Of a stretch of DNA of 64,000 nucleotides, positions 19,387 through 29,120 are shown in pieces. This stretch comes from an uncultured Pseudomonadota bacterium (GTDB taxonomy: Bacteria; Pseudomonadota; Alphaproteobacteria; Rs-D84). Within the stretch, counting starts at the first letter, position 1; each line of letters starts with the position of its first letter. Position numbers and translations under genes: made by a program. Under the pieces are notes generated by a model. That model made no database searches. It was not told the origin of the DNA and worked only from the letters and a program-made list of their open reading frames with translations. The stretch spans positions 9,396 through 73,395 of the forward strand of contig CADBBQ010000004.1 in NCBI GenBank assembly GCA_902793005.1. Reading direction: 5' to 3'.

Positions 19387-22308
19387 TTAAAATTCAATCA
19401 ACCAAGATTGGCCGTTGGAATTGTTACCGCCGATATTGGATGTTGTGCCATTGTTATTGCACGTCCATTGTGCGGTGCTGTTACCGTTATATACACATTT
19501 GTTTGGTATGGTGTTATCACTGGTTGGACAATATGCGGTCAGTGCCTCTTGGTATCCGTCGTTTTGTTGTTGGTCCGATGTTATTGCATCGGTGTCTATG
19601 AAATAATTTACATCATAGTTATAATGCGCACTGCAATCATTATTTTCGTCACAGTTTTCGGGTTCGACATCAATATAATAAGCGTATGTGGGGGTTGCTT
19701 TTAATATGACATAATTGCCGTTGCAATTTATGGATGCGTTGCTGCCCGTTGTGCCGCCCGTGACATTGCCCGCACAGAATACATAATGTGTTTTATTGGT
19801 GTCGTCTGTGTATTTTGCAACCAATGTCATTGACGATATGTTGTTATTTGGTGTGCAGATTGCAGATTGGGCCGTGACTGGCTTGATGGCACCCGTATCA
19901 AACAAATTATCCAGGTATTCCAAAAGGCCGTTTGTCACGCCACCGTTCATACAACAATTGCCCCATTTGTCAACAATGTTACTTTCGCAACAATTGGTGT
20001 GTTCATTGTGTATTGTATTACTGGTGTGTGGTGTTGTGATTGTGCGCTGGCATAAAATGTTGCGGGCGGGACACGCCATAATCTCGGCTGGGGCGACGCA
20101 CATAATGGATGTGCCAACGGTGTAATCCAAACTGCCCGCGGGGCACGTGGATGTCGCACACGAATTACTGTTTTCATTTGTGTGTGTATTTTTTGCAAAC
20201 CACGATAATAATGTTGTTATATTCGAATCGTTTGGAATCAAGATACGATTTTCTTCTCTGTTGTCGGGTTTTGATTTGCAATTGCCCCAAATTTGTTCCG
20301 TTAAACGACATTTATAGCATTCAACCGAATTCGCGTTCCCAGAACCATAGCACGGATGATAGTTTGCATCTTTGTCGCTGCATATATCATACACAGAACT
20401 GTCGCCGTACATTTGTTCGTATAAATTCTGGGGCGATTGGTTATCCAATAATGCGTGAATGTCTTTGATGGTTTGGTCGCTGGCCTGGTACACGCAATTT
20501 TTTACATCGTCCCAACACGATGCGCGTGTCAATATTGAATGCCGGTTGACCGAACCGTTTATACTTTCGCACAGACCGAAATTGCCCGTGATTGATTTAC
20601 AAGAATTTATTATACAATCACGTCCAATTTCACGGCACGTGTTTATAATTTTATTATATGTTTCATTTGCCGCAATATCGATAACACCGGATTCCCATTC
20701 TGTTTGCGTGTTGTTGGATGCAATTGTCATATCGGCCGCGTCATATTTCATAATTGCATTACACGATGTGCGAACGTTTTCACATAATGCGTTTGCCGTT
20801 TTATCAGATATCACACCAAATGTTGACAGTGCACGTGAATCAAATTCCGCTAAATTTTCGTTCGCGTTATCTAAACATTGGGTTAATAATGTTGTGCAAC
20901 TTTGGCGGACTTCTTCCAATTTTTCATTTTGGGCCAGTTTTATTTTTGCCAATGCGTCATCCATAAATGCGTTCCATACATCGTCCGAAATTGATTGGCA
21001 ATTTTTTGTCGCCGGTTCGATATATTTTTTCTTGGCATTTAAATATGATACAAACGATGCGTTTTGGGGTACTTTTACCCAAGAATCGGTGGATGTTGGA
21101 CGCGTAATTAATGTTGATAAATTTACCAGGTTTGGGGATAAAAATGCCTCGCCAGTTGTGGGATTAATGTACCGACCGGATACATCCAAACATTTTGTTA
21201 AATTTTCACCACAAACATTTGTATTGGTCAGCATATCCAGCATTTTTGATTTGCATGTCAAAATGTCGTCGGAATTGTTGTCTTGGTAATTATTTAACCG
21301 TGTCATATCCAGTAATGCAGCCGATTCCAGTATTTTTGTGCGGGCCGATTGAGCCTGGGTATCATAGGCCTTTTTAACGGTGTTGCAATCTTGTTCGATT
21401 GCCATATTATAACTGTTTTCAACCAAAGTGATGTCGGTGGCGTCGCAAACCTCGGCCGCCATTTCACGACAAATTGGTAATGCCGCATTGCGCAGGGCAA
21501 TCCCACTTTTTGCGGTGGTTGATACGCCCGATAATGAATCAACGGAATCAAATGCCGAATCGATATCTAAATTCCAAGACAGTGCGGACATATTGTTACC
21601 CGCCGAATCAAAATCGGCGTTTAATTTTTTCGCAATTTCATCCAATGTCTTTTTGGATGCGGTTTTATCCACGGTTGCGTAATATGCCTCTTCGCCCTGG
21701 GATGCACGATTGATGACCGCGGCGTCGTCCGGGTCCATATTTACCTGGAGTAATCTTTGACTGAAATCCAATAATTTATCTTCGACATTGTCCAATGATT
21801 TTTGTGTGGCGTTAAATTCATTTGCGCGACTGGAACACGCGCAACGTTTTAACTGGGCGTTTTTATTTGCACAAAACTCGTCCATACAATCGAAAAATAC
21901 AGTTTTACATTTGCCAAAATCGCGTTGCATAACCGTGTCGCGTGTTATTGCCGCACGTGATAATAATCCACCACGCGAATTTCGGTTTGTTGCCACGCGT
22001 GCATTTGATAATGTGGGTTTGGTCGTGCGTGCCAATGTCGTGCGTGCCGATGTTGTGCGTGTTGCGTCGTGTGTGTTGGTTGTTGCCGCGCGTGATACAA
22101 TATTTTTGTTCGTTGATGTACGCGCAGAATTTGTTGGATTTGATGCGGTTCTGGATTTTACCGTAGTTGAATTTCTGGGCAATGTTGATTGTGTTTGTCG
22201 AACAGGGGAATTTTGCGAACGTGTAGAGTTTTTTGCAACGGCGGCAACTGCGCCATCACAGATTGGCACAGCAAAACACGCGGCTAAAAATAGATTTAGA
22301 GCCTTCAT
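19387..22308 (-). CDS. Very large secreted Cys-rich protein, hypothetical
   Basis: 973 aa. Signal peptide, S/T/R-rich low-complexity N-terminus, then many Cys including an FFDCMDEFC motif and a C-terminal CxxC-rich region. Confidence 0.75.
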   Translation of the reverse strand: MKALNLFLAACFAVPICDGAVAAVAKNSTRSQNSPVRQTQSTLPRNSTTVKSRTASNPTNSARTSTNKNIVSRAATTNTHDATRTTSARTTLARTTKPTLSNARVATNRNSRGGLLSRAAITRDTVMQRDFGKCKTVFFDCMDEFCANKNAQLKRCACSSRANEFNATQKSLDNVEDKLLDFSQRLLQVNMDPDDAAVINRASQGEEAYYATVDKTASKKTLDEIAKKLNADFDSAGNNMSALSWNLDIDSAFDSVDSLSGVSTTAKSGIALRNAALPICREMAAEVCDATDITLVENSYNMAIEQDCNTVKKAYDTQAQSARTKILESAALLDMTRLNNYQDNNSDDILTCKSKMLDMLTNTNVCGENLTKCLDVSGRYINPTTGEAFLSPNLVNLSTLITRPTSTDSWVKVPQNASFVSYLNAKKKYIEPATKNCQSISDDVWNAFMDDALAKIKLAQNEKLEEVRQSCTTLLTQCLDNANENLAEFDSRALSTFGVISDKTANALCENVRTSCNAIMKYDAADMTIASNNTQTEWESGVIDIAANETYNKIINTCREIGRDCIINSCKSITGNFGLCESINGSVNRHSILTRASCWDDVKNCVYQASDQTIKDIHALLDNQSPQNLYEQMYGDSSVYDICSDKDANYHPCYGSGNANSVECYKCRLTEQIWGNCKSKPDNREENRILIPNDSNITTLLSWFAKNTHTNENSNSCATSTCPAGSLDYTVGTSIMCVAPAEIMACPARNILCQRTITTPHTSNTIHNEHTNCCESNIVDKWGNCCMNGGVTNGLLEYLDNLFDTGAIKPVTAQSAICTPNNNISSMTLVAKYTDDTNKTHYVFCAGNVTGGTTGSNASINCNGNYVILKATPTYAYYIDVEPENCDENNDCSAHYNYDVNYFIDTDAITSDQQQNDGYQEALTAYCPTSDNTIPNKCVYNGNSTAQWTCNNNGTTSNIGGNNSNGQSWLIEF

Positions 22309-22514
22309 TTCCTTTCTTGTATGAAATGATAACAGATTTATTCAAATTTGGGCAAGAGTTTTTTTGTGGTTTTTGTCCGCTTTCATTCACTGCGTCCATT
22401 ACAGCGAGACATTCGTTTCTCTAACTCTACATCTCGATTGCTGGATGCAATCTCGCTGTAGCGAAAACGGGCCCCGCAAAATTTGAAAAATTTTGTGGGC
22501 AAACCCGAAAGCGG

Positions 22515-22599
22515 ATGGTGCAGCCAGGGGGACTTGAACCCCCAAGGATTTCTCCACAGCATCCTTAGTGCTGCGCGTATACCAATTCCGCCATGGCTG
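22515..22599 (-). tRNA. tRNA-Leu, anticodon reads AAG
   Basis: Type II tRNA: acceptor GCAGCCA/TGGCTGC, discriminator A, long variable arm TGGAGAAATCCTT, T-arm GGGGG-TTCAAGT-CCCCC. Anticodon stem CAGCA/TGCTG encloses loop C-T-A-A-G-G-A. Confidence 0.85.
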
Positions 22600-22695
22600 C
22601 AAGTGCAAATTCAGACGATATTCTTGCAATAAGATGTTTTCTTTTCAAGTTTTTTATGTTATAATAGGGGCGATAATATTAAATGGGAAGGAAAA

Positions 22696-24234
22696 ATGAT
22701 TAGAAATCTGCGCTTTTTGACGAGTTGTTCTGTGTTTGTAATGTTGTGCGGTGCGGCCAATGCGGCGGGGACATATTATAATTATAATGGGACGGTGCAA
22801 CGTAATTATACTTCGTCGGCAAATCCGTTTTTCAGTTATGGAACAAATAATGTAAATTCTGTGGCACCGGGGTGCAGTGGTGCCGCGTGCGCAAATGCGG
22901 GGGTAAATGTCAATAATAATTCCCCGGCCCAGGTGCGAAACACGTCCAGACAACAAACGCCGGTATATAATTCTGTTAATAAAAATGGTGGTTTTGGACT
23001 GAATTTGGGCTTGTCGCATCAGTTTGCCGAATGGAATTTTGATATGAATTCTGCGGGTTCAAAATTGCATTATGATAATTTGCATTGGAATGTGTTTGAT
23101 GTGGCGGCCAAGTATGATTTTAACTGGGGAAATAGTTTGGTGCGTTTACAGGCCGGTGGTCAATATGGAATGCAATTCGGTGATTCAACAATGGTTGATG
23201 ATGATATTACATCGGGCGGATTTGTTTTGCAGGATTGGAATGTTGATTTAACAAATGATGGTATCGCGGATCAGATTTGGACGCAACAGGGACGGTCTTT
23301 GTCGGTTGGAACATCAAATGATGGTGATATGATGGGATTGTTCGCCGGTGTTGGCTTGGTTGATGCGTGGCGGTTTGGAAATTTCAGAATAACACCGTCT
23401 GTGGGATATCGGTATTTCAAATATAAATTGGAAACAAAACAAAATTATGGTATGTCGTTGAATACGGTGTCTGGGGCGGATAACTATTGCGTGACCCGTG
23501 GCGAGGAAACACAATGCTTGCCATTTTTGGTGTTTGTTGATGGTTCGGGTAATCCGGCGTTGGGAACAATTGACCCCAATACATTTTATGTCGTGATTCC
23601 AAGTGGTGCCGAATTTGTCAGTACCGAGGATAATTATTACTATTATCAAAGTGGTATCAGTCATTCATACGAGGTTGAATGGATGGGACCATATTTGGCG
23701 TTGGATATGGTGTATGATATAACGGCAAATGATTCTGTGGATGCGCGTTTTGAATTAGGATTGCCGACATATACCGCAACGGCCGATCAGCCATATCGTC
23801 CTGATTGGCAACATCCAAAAAGTTTGGAAGACAAGGGTGGTTTTGGCGATGCGTATCATTTCGGATTTGGTGCGAATTGGTTGCACGCGCTTACGGATTC
23901 TGTGATGTTGACATTGGGTATGACATTTGATTATTACACTGTGTCGGGTGCGGATGCGACATCTTATTTGAATGCAGATTATTATATTTCGTCGTATTCT
24001 ACGCCGGCAAAACAGCAGAATGCTAATTTGGTTTCATCGTATGGCAGTACCGATTATAACAGTTGGACGGGAACAAATGCCGCACGGGATAAAGAAATTT
24101 ATGTCAGCAACCTGGAAACAATTGCGGCCGTTGATGCAATGAGTGCCGCGGGTTGGAAGCAAGAGGTTTCAGACGAAATAGAATCAATTTATAAATCGTT
24201 GGGGGTTCGTTTGGGAATCCAGGCAAAGTTCTAG
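22696..24234 (+). CDS. Outer-membrane beta-barrel protein, hypothetical
   Basis: 512 aa. Signal peptide ...ANAAG, aromatic-rich alternating strands, C-terminal ...LGIQAKF. Confidence 0.7.
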   Translation: MIRNLRFLTSCSVFVMLCGAANAAGTYYNYNGTVQRNYTSSANPFFSYGTNNVNSVAPGCSGAACANAGVNVNNNSPAQVRNTSRQQTPVYNSVNKNGGFGLNLGLSHQFAEWNFDMNSAGSKLHYDNLHWNVFDVAAKYDFNWGNSLVRLQAGGQYGMQFGDSTMVDDDITSGGFVLQDWNVDLTNDGIADQIWTQQGRSLSVGTSNDGDMMGLFAGVGLVDAWRFGNFRITPSVGYRYFKYKLETKQNYGMSLNTVSGADNYCVTRGEETQCLPFLVFVDGSGNPALGTIDPNTFYVVIPSGAEFVSTEDNYYYYQSGISHSYEVEWMGPYLALDMVYDITANDSVDARFELGLPTYTATADQPYRPDWQHPKSLEDKGGFGDAYHFGFGANWLHALTDSVMLTLGMTFDYYTVSGADATSYLNADYYISSYSTPAKQQNANLVSSYGSTDYNSWTGTNAARDKEIYVSNLETIAAVDAMSAAGWKQEVSDEIESIYKSLGVRLGIQAKF

Positions 24235-24249
24235 GGAATAAAATAAGAT

Positions 24250-24882
24250 ATGCGCGGAATTAAATTTTTTTGTGCGTTGTGTTGTTTTCTGTTCGCGTTT
24301 GATGCGGCGCGTGCCGTTGATATCACGGGGGTGGTGTCGGTTGATGTGACGGCGGATACCGCGGCCGCGGCCAAAAGTCAGGCATTTAATTCGGCTCGAC
24401 GTGATGTTATCGCGCGCGAATTGCGTAATTATGCAAATGCGGAACAATTGGATGCCGCAATTAAACAAAGTTCTGTTGATGAATTAATAGATATAATTTC
24501 TTCGTCGGCGGTATCTGGGGAACGAACATCGGATACGGCATATACGGCAAATATTTCGTTCGTGATTGATGGGGATGCGGCGAAAAGTTGGATGGAAAAG
24601 TATTCTGTGCAAAATTGGTTACCTTCATCCAGTGCGGCCGCGGTTGTGGCGCCGGAAAATTCAATCATTGCGGTTGTGACGTTGTATAATCCGATTTCTG
24701 ATTGGGCGGCATTAAATGCGGTGGCGCGGGCAGCAAATGTTGATATTGCAACAAAAAATATTATTGGGTCGCGTGTGTCGTTTGTTGTACGGGATGCGGA
24801 CGTGTCAAAATTGTCGCGTGCGTTGCGTGAAAATGGTTGGCGTGTTGCAAGTACCACAGGTGGAATTATTATTTCCAGATAA
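24250..24882 (+). CDS. Secreted protein, hypothetical
   Basis: 210 aa. Signal peptide ...AARAVD. 16 nt downstream of the preceding OMP gene. Confidence 0.6.
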   Translation: MRGIKFFCALCCFLFAFDAARAVDITGVVSVDVTADTAAAAKSQAFNSARRDVIARELRNYANAEQLDAAIKQSSVDELIDIISSSAVSGERTSDTAYTANISFVIDGDAAKSWMEKYSVQNWLPSSSAAAVVAPENSIIAVVTLYNPISDWAALNAVARAANVDIATKNIIGSRVSFVVRDADVSKLSRALRENGWRVASTTGGIIISR

Positions 24883-24956
24883 TTTTTGTTGAAATTATAC
24901 TTTTTATATTTTACATTTTTTCCTGTGTTAAATTTTTAATAAAAAGGGAAGGGCAT

Positions 24957-25823
24957 ATGAAAAAAATTGCAGTTGCATTGATGTGTATGGTGCCAACGGT
25001 TGGTTTTGCATTGGATACACCACACGAAACTAAATTTGATTTGAATATTCGCCGAATTGGTGTTGATTGGTCAAAAACGCAAATTGGCCACGCCGAGGAA
25101 TATGCGGATTCCCCGGTGTCGGCATTTACCGCCACATCCCAGGATTGGTTTGTTGGTGTATTTGATACCGCGTTGGAATATGGTTTTGATCGGTTTCGTT
25201 GGGATAATTCATTATTTATGACATATGGTAAAACAACACTGAAACCGTATGATGCACCAAAAACGACGGACGAAAAGGCGGATAAAATTTTGTTCACGTC
25301 TGACCTGTCGTATGCGGTGTGGGATTGGGAAAATGTAAAGTTGGGGCCAATTGTTCGTGCCGAATATGAATCTGAATTTGTTGGTAATCCGCATATTCGT
25401 AAAATCATCCGCCCATCTGCCGGTATCGCATTATTTGACCATAAAATATTCAAAACATTATACACAACCGCGGTTTATGAAAATGATTTCACGGATACGG
25501 ACAGTCCCGTCAGCAAATTGGCATTAGAGGCCGGGTGGCGCGCCGAATACGAAATTCGCGAAGGGGTCAAATTTAACAGTGATGGATACTATCGTGAATA
25601 TTTGGACTATTCGCGGTATGTTGCGACCGATTTTCGCCGTGATTTAAGTGTTAATGCCCGTTTGGATACGAACCTGTGGGGGAATTTCACATTTGGTCCG
25701 TATGTGAATTATCGGCGTGCCCTGGCGCGTGGGGCGGAACACTATGGTTCAAACACAACGGTTGGTTTGTCGTTTAACTATATAAATAAATTTAATTTGA
25801 AACGCGCAGAATCGTTGGAATAA
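24957..25823 (+). CDS. Outer-membrane protein-like, hypothetical
   Basis: Start moved to MKKIAVALMCMVPTVGFA (GGGAAGGG RBS upstream). Beta-rich, aromatic-rich sequence. Confidence 0.6.
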   Translation: MKKIAVALMCMVPTVGFALDTPHETKFDLNIRRIGVDWSKTQIGHAEEYADSPVSAFTATSQDWFVGVFDTALEYGFDRFRWDNSLFMTYGKTTLKPYDAPKTTDEKADKILFTSDLSYAVWDWENVKLGPIVRAEYESEFVGNPHIRKIIRPSAGIALFDHKIFKTLYTTAVYENDFTDTDSPVSKLALEAGWRAEYEIREGVKFNSDGYYREYLDYSRYVATDFRRDLSVNARLDTNLWGNFTFGPYVNYRRALARGAEHYGSNTTVGLSFNYINKFNLKRAESLE

Positions 25824-25832
25824 ATTGGTTAT

Positions 25833-25857
25833 AACGGCGCATCTGCGCCGTTTTTTA
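25833..25857 (+). terminator. Rho-independent terminator
   Basis: AACGGCGCA-TC-TGCGCCGTT followed by a T-run. Confidence 0.75.
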
Positions 25858-25973
25858 TTACATTTTATCTGGTTGATAAAACCGCATAAACTCCGTTGGT
25901 TTTGGATGTTTTTGTATTGACAATATGTTGTTTTCGTGTAAAGTGAATTTGAAATATATACCGGAGGTTAAAT

Positions 25974-26411
25974 ATGACAAGAAATGAAGTTTTATACAAT
26001 GTTATTGAAATTGTAAATGAACATAAATTGAAAGATGCACCCAAAACAACCGAATACAGTCGTCTGGCCGAGGATTTGGGGATGGATTCTTTGGATATAG
26101 TTGAAACTGGCATGGACATAGAAAGAAGATTAGATATTGAGTTTGATACAGATGAGTTCGAAGAAGTTAAATTCAATCTTAAATCAGTTAAAGATATGGT
26201 AGATTTTACGTGTAAAAAATTAAATATTCCAACCAATGGTGTTCAAAAAAACGTGGAAAAACCTGTGGTAAAACCGGTGCAACCACAAAACCCGGAAATT
26301 GAAAAATTGAAAGCGGTTGATTTGTCAAAACTGGCGGGCAAACCGGTACAATTGGGTGGCTATGAAGTTATTGTTCGCAAAATTGCCGATAACGCACAAA
26401 ATAGAAGATAA
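25974..26411 (+). CDS. Acyl-carrier-protein-like domain fused to the cassette C-terminal module
   Basis: The N-terminal 80 aa carry the phosphopantetheine-site motif LGMDSLDIVE. The C-terminus DLSKLAGKPVQLGGYEVIVRKIADNAQNRR matches the tails of 27120..27743 and 31905..33020. Confidence 0.75.
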   Translation: MTRNEVLYNVIEIVNEHKLKDAPKTTEYSRLAEDLGMDSLDIVETGMDIERRLDIEFDTDEFEEVKFNLKSVKDMVDFTCKKLNIPTNGVQKNVEKPVVKPVQPQNPEIEKLKAVDLSKLAGKPVQLGGYEVIVRKIADNAQNRR

Positions 26412-26426
26412 AATGGGGGGTAAGAT

Positions 26427-26756
26427 ATGAAACGCAAAAAAATTCAATATGCGCAACCATATAAAATTCGCGATATCCAAAGTGTTTTCAATGCTGATGA
26501 CGGAATTGCAGGATATGATGTAGAGGTTTGTTTTTGTGGCACCACAAATATTCCACAACCACGTTGGGCGGATCCTGAAAACGTTCATATGTATCAAGAT
26601 GTTAACGCGGGAACCAGTCGGGTTGTTTATTATTTTCCTTTTGTTGGATATGGTGTGATAAACTTTGGAAAGTTGGCTGCGGAACATTGGTTCAGAAAAA
26701 TGCTGAAACAAATGTGGGCAAATATTGAGTTTGGCGCGCAAGGTAAACAAAGATAA
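26427..26756 (+). CDS. Hypothetical protein (cassette array member)
   Basis: 109 aa. 16 nt after the previous stop. Ends ...GKQR with an AGATAAAAGGAAA stop/RBS junction. Confidence 0.55.
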   Translation: MKRKKIQYAQPYKIRDIQSVFNADDGIAGYDVEVCFCGTTNIPQPRWADPENVHMYQDVNAGTSRVVYYFPFVGYGVINFGKLAAEHWFRKMLKQMWANIEFGAQGKQR

Positions 26757-26766
26757 AAGGAAAAAA

Positions 26767-27105
26767 ATGTCTGAATGGGGAATTGAACAACACAGTACTT
26801 TTGGAAATGGCGGCGGTTGTTTTGTCGATTGTCTTTCTTGTGTTGGTGCAGTCGCGATTATTGTTGGATTGGCAACTATTGATAGCAAGCAAGATAAACC
26901 AAGAGCAAAAGATAAAGCGCAACCAAAAGTGGAATCTGTTAGGCAAAATGTTGTTGCCGTTCCTCAGGATACGGCGATGTATGTTCCTGAAAACGATGCG
27001 GTCTTTCGTGATATAGAAAAGCAAAACGAATTTTTGTTAAAGAAAACCGCCCGCGAAATAAACGAAATCGACAGATTGTCACGTATGCACAGCCACACAA
27101 GATAA
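26767..27105 (+). CDS. Small Cys-rich single-pass membrane protein (paralog of 29121..29414)
   Basis: Starts MSEWGIEQHSTFGNGGGCFVDCLSCVGAVAIIVGLA. Same EW-IE...FG-G..GC..C..C-TM layout as 29121..29414. Confidence 0.6.
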   Translation: MSEWGIEQHSTFGNGGGCFVDCLSCVGAVAIIVGLATIDSKQDKPRAKDKAQPKVESVRQNVVAVPQDTAMYVPENDAVFRDIEKQNEFLLKKTAREINEIDRLSRMHSHTR

Positions 27106-27119
27106 AAAAGGAAACAAAA

Positions 27120-27743
27120 ATGAAAGATGTCCCAAACACAGAATACATTACAATTAACAAAGATGGTGTTTTTGTTGGTGGAAAACCTGCAACAAAATAT
27201 CGTGGTGTAGAAATATATGATATAGATTATGTGAAAGAAAAATTTGCATGTATGCAGGACCAAAATCCAGAAATAGAGGAATTTCATATTGGTGCGTTTA
27301 TATACTATGGTAGACATGGACGTCCGGAGGATCCATATTGGAACGTTGATTCACAAAATGCAAATGTATGGTGTCGTGTAAAATTAAAAAATTCGTCGGC
27401 GGTTACTTGGATTTTTTGTGACTGGGTCAATGATGTTGCTCGTTGTGCCTTGGAATGTATGTTTTATTACGTGGGTTCCCACATATATGCACGCTATGGC
27501 ATGAGCAGCGACTGGTTCCGGTTGCAGGTATTGAAGTATGCAAGAATTGATAAGCAAAATACAAAATTGGAAAAATTAGAAAAAGTTGATTTTCGTTCGG
27601 CAGTGTTTGGGTCGAAACAAAATGCATTAACAAATGCGTTAAAAGATACAGATTTATCGCAATTTGTTGGGAAACCTGTGCAATTAAACGGTTATAAAAT
27701 CATTGTTGAAAAAATTGCTGAAACCAAACAAAACAAAAGATAA
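27120..27743 (+). CDS. Single-module paralog of the DGR target family with a decayed (fossil) VR
   Basis: N-terminus MKDVPNTEYITINKDGVFVGGKPATKYRG and WCRVKLKN...WIF...CALEC... are homologous to the modules of 31905..33020. The tail has the shared C-terminal module. Confidence 0.7.
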   Translation: MKDVPNTEYITINKDGVFVGGKPATKYRGVEIYDIDYVKEKFACMQDQNPEIEEFHIGAFIYYGRHGRPEDPYWNVDSQNANVWCRVKLKNSSAVTWIFCDWVNDVARCALECMFYYVGSHIYARYGMSSDWFRLQVLKYARIDKQNTKLEKLEKVDFRSAVFGSKQNALTNALKDTDLSQFVGKPVQLNGYKIIVEKIAETKQNKR

Positions 27744-27913
27744 AAGGAAACACAATGTATATAAAAGAAGTTGTTAGAGCGCTATATATATGCACTGTTC
27801 CGGGTGGCGGGTTTTGTGTCGTAATTTATTGACATTAGCCAAACGTATGCTATTCTGTCGAGTACAGGAGCAGAGAGTGTCTGGATTAACTTATATAAAA
27901 AGGGCACCGAAAA

Positions 27914-29101
27914 ATGAAAAAAGATTTAAGATTTCTGGCTAATATAAAAACAACTGTACTTGGTGGTGTAATATTACCTTTGTTATTGGCGTCTTGTGGT
28001 GGTGACAAACGCAGAACTTTGGTTGTGGTTGATGAGCCTTTGCCTGGTGATGTTAAAGGGTACGCTCTACCTGCACGTGACGTAGATTGTGGCAAATTAT
28101 ACGTTGTATGTTATGACAAAGACGGCTTGTGTTCTTATTTGAATCCAAATGACACATTAAAAATTGAATTGTTGGATGTTAATGGTGTTAATGCTAACGA
28201 TGATGATAGATACGAATATGGTGCAGATTTGTACATAACTGATTACCAAGATCCGCATTCATGTGGCGGTTGCGATGATGATAGATTTAGAAAATGGTGT
28301 CTGCGTGTAGATTTATCGGATAGCACCAGAAATATGTTATTGGCAAGACGCGCCAAAGATCCAAAAAGTCTTTTTTATGTTAACAGTTGTTTAAAAAAAG
28401 ATAATGATAGTTTAAAGATTGCTAATTTAATGTTATCGAAATTAGCATCTAAAAAATCTGATGACAGAATAAATTATATAAACGAAATTCAAACCAATGG
28501 AACGCCAACAGAAAAAAATATTTTGAAAAAGATATTAAAATCTGTCAAATTTAAAAACGATCAAACTGTTGTTGACGCTGGGATTTCTAAACAATTGGGA
28601 AAATATTGGCGTGACAAAAAACGTGATATCTTGGATACTGTTACTGTCGTTCGTGTTTATACAGAATCTCGCAGTATGGTAGATAGCAATGTTGACCGTC
28701 ACTATTCGTCTTCCGATGAAGAAAAAGGTGTTCATTTAAGAGCTGCAGGGAAAGGATATTTAGGCGTTGGAAAATCATCCTCATATGTTTCCGATAATGA
28801 AGAAAGACTTGATGAAAAAGGTCTGCGCTTAAAGGCTGCCGCAAAGGGCCAATTAGGTGTTGGTACATCCGCTTCACATATTGCTTCTGATGAAAAGGCT
28901 AATATAAAAATATACGAAGGAAAGATTTTATCTGTTGTTGCCAAGGATAAAAATGGTTATACATATAATTTTTCTTTGGCACCAGAAATGAATTGCAAAG
29001 TTGGTGATAAAATCGTATTAGAATATTTTGGTCGTGTTGCTGATAATAATGGGTATCGTGATCAAATTTTGATTCATGATATTATTTATAAAAGCCGATA
29101 A
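27914..29101 (+). CDS. Lipoprotein, hypothetical
   Basis: 395 aa. Lipobox LLLASC. Internal duplicated L(R/K)AAxKGxLGVGxSxS segment. Confidence 0.65.
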   Translation: MKKDLRFLANIKTTVLGGVILPLLLASCGGDKRRTLVVVDEPLPGDVKGYALPARDVDCGKLYVVCYDKDGLCSYLNPNDTLKIELLDVNGVNANDDDRYEYGADLYITDYQDPHSCGGCDDDRFRKWCLRVDLSDSTRNMLLARRAKDPKSLFYVNSCLKKDNDSLKIANLMLSKLASKKSDDRINYINEIQTNGTPTEKNILKKILKSVKFKNDQTVVDAGISKQLGKYWRDKKRDILDTVTVVRVYTESRSMVDSNVDRHYSSSDEEKGVHLRAAGKGYLGVGKSSSYVSDNEERLDEKGLRLKAAAKGQLGVGTSASHIASDEKANIKIYEGKILSVVAKDKNGYTYNFSLAPEMNCKVGDKIVLEYFGRVADNNGYRDQILIHDIIYKSR

Positions 29102-29120
29102 AAAACAAAAGGATAAAATA

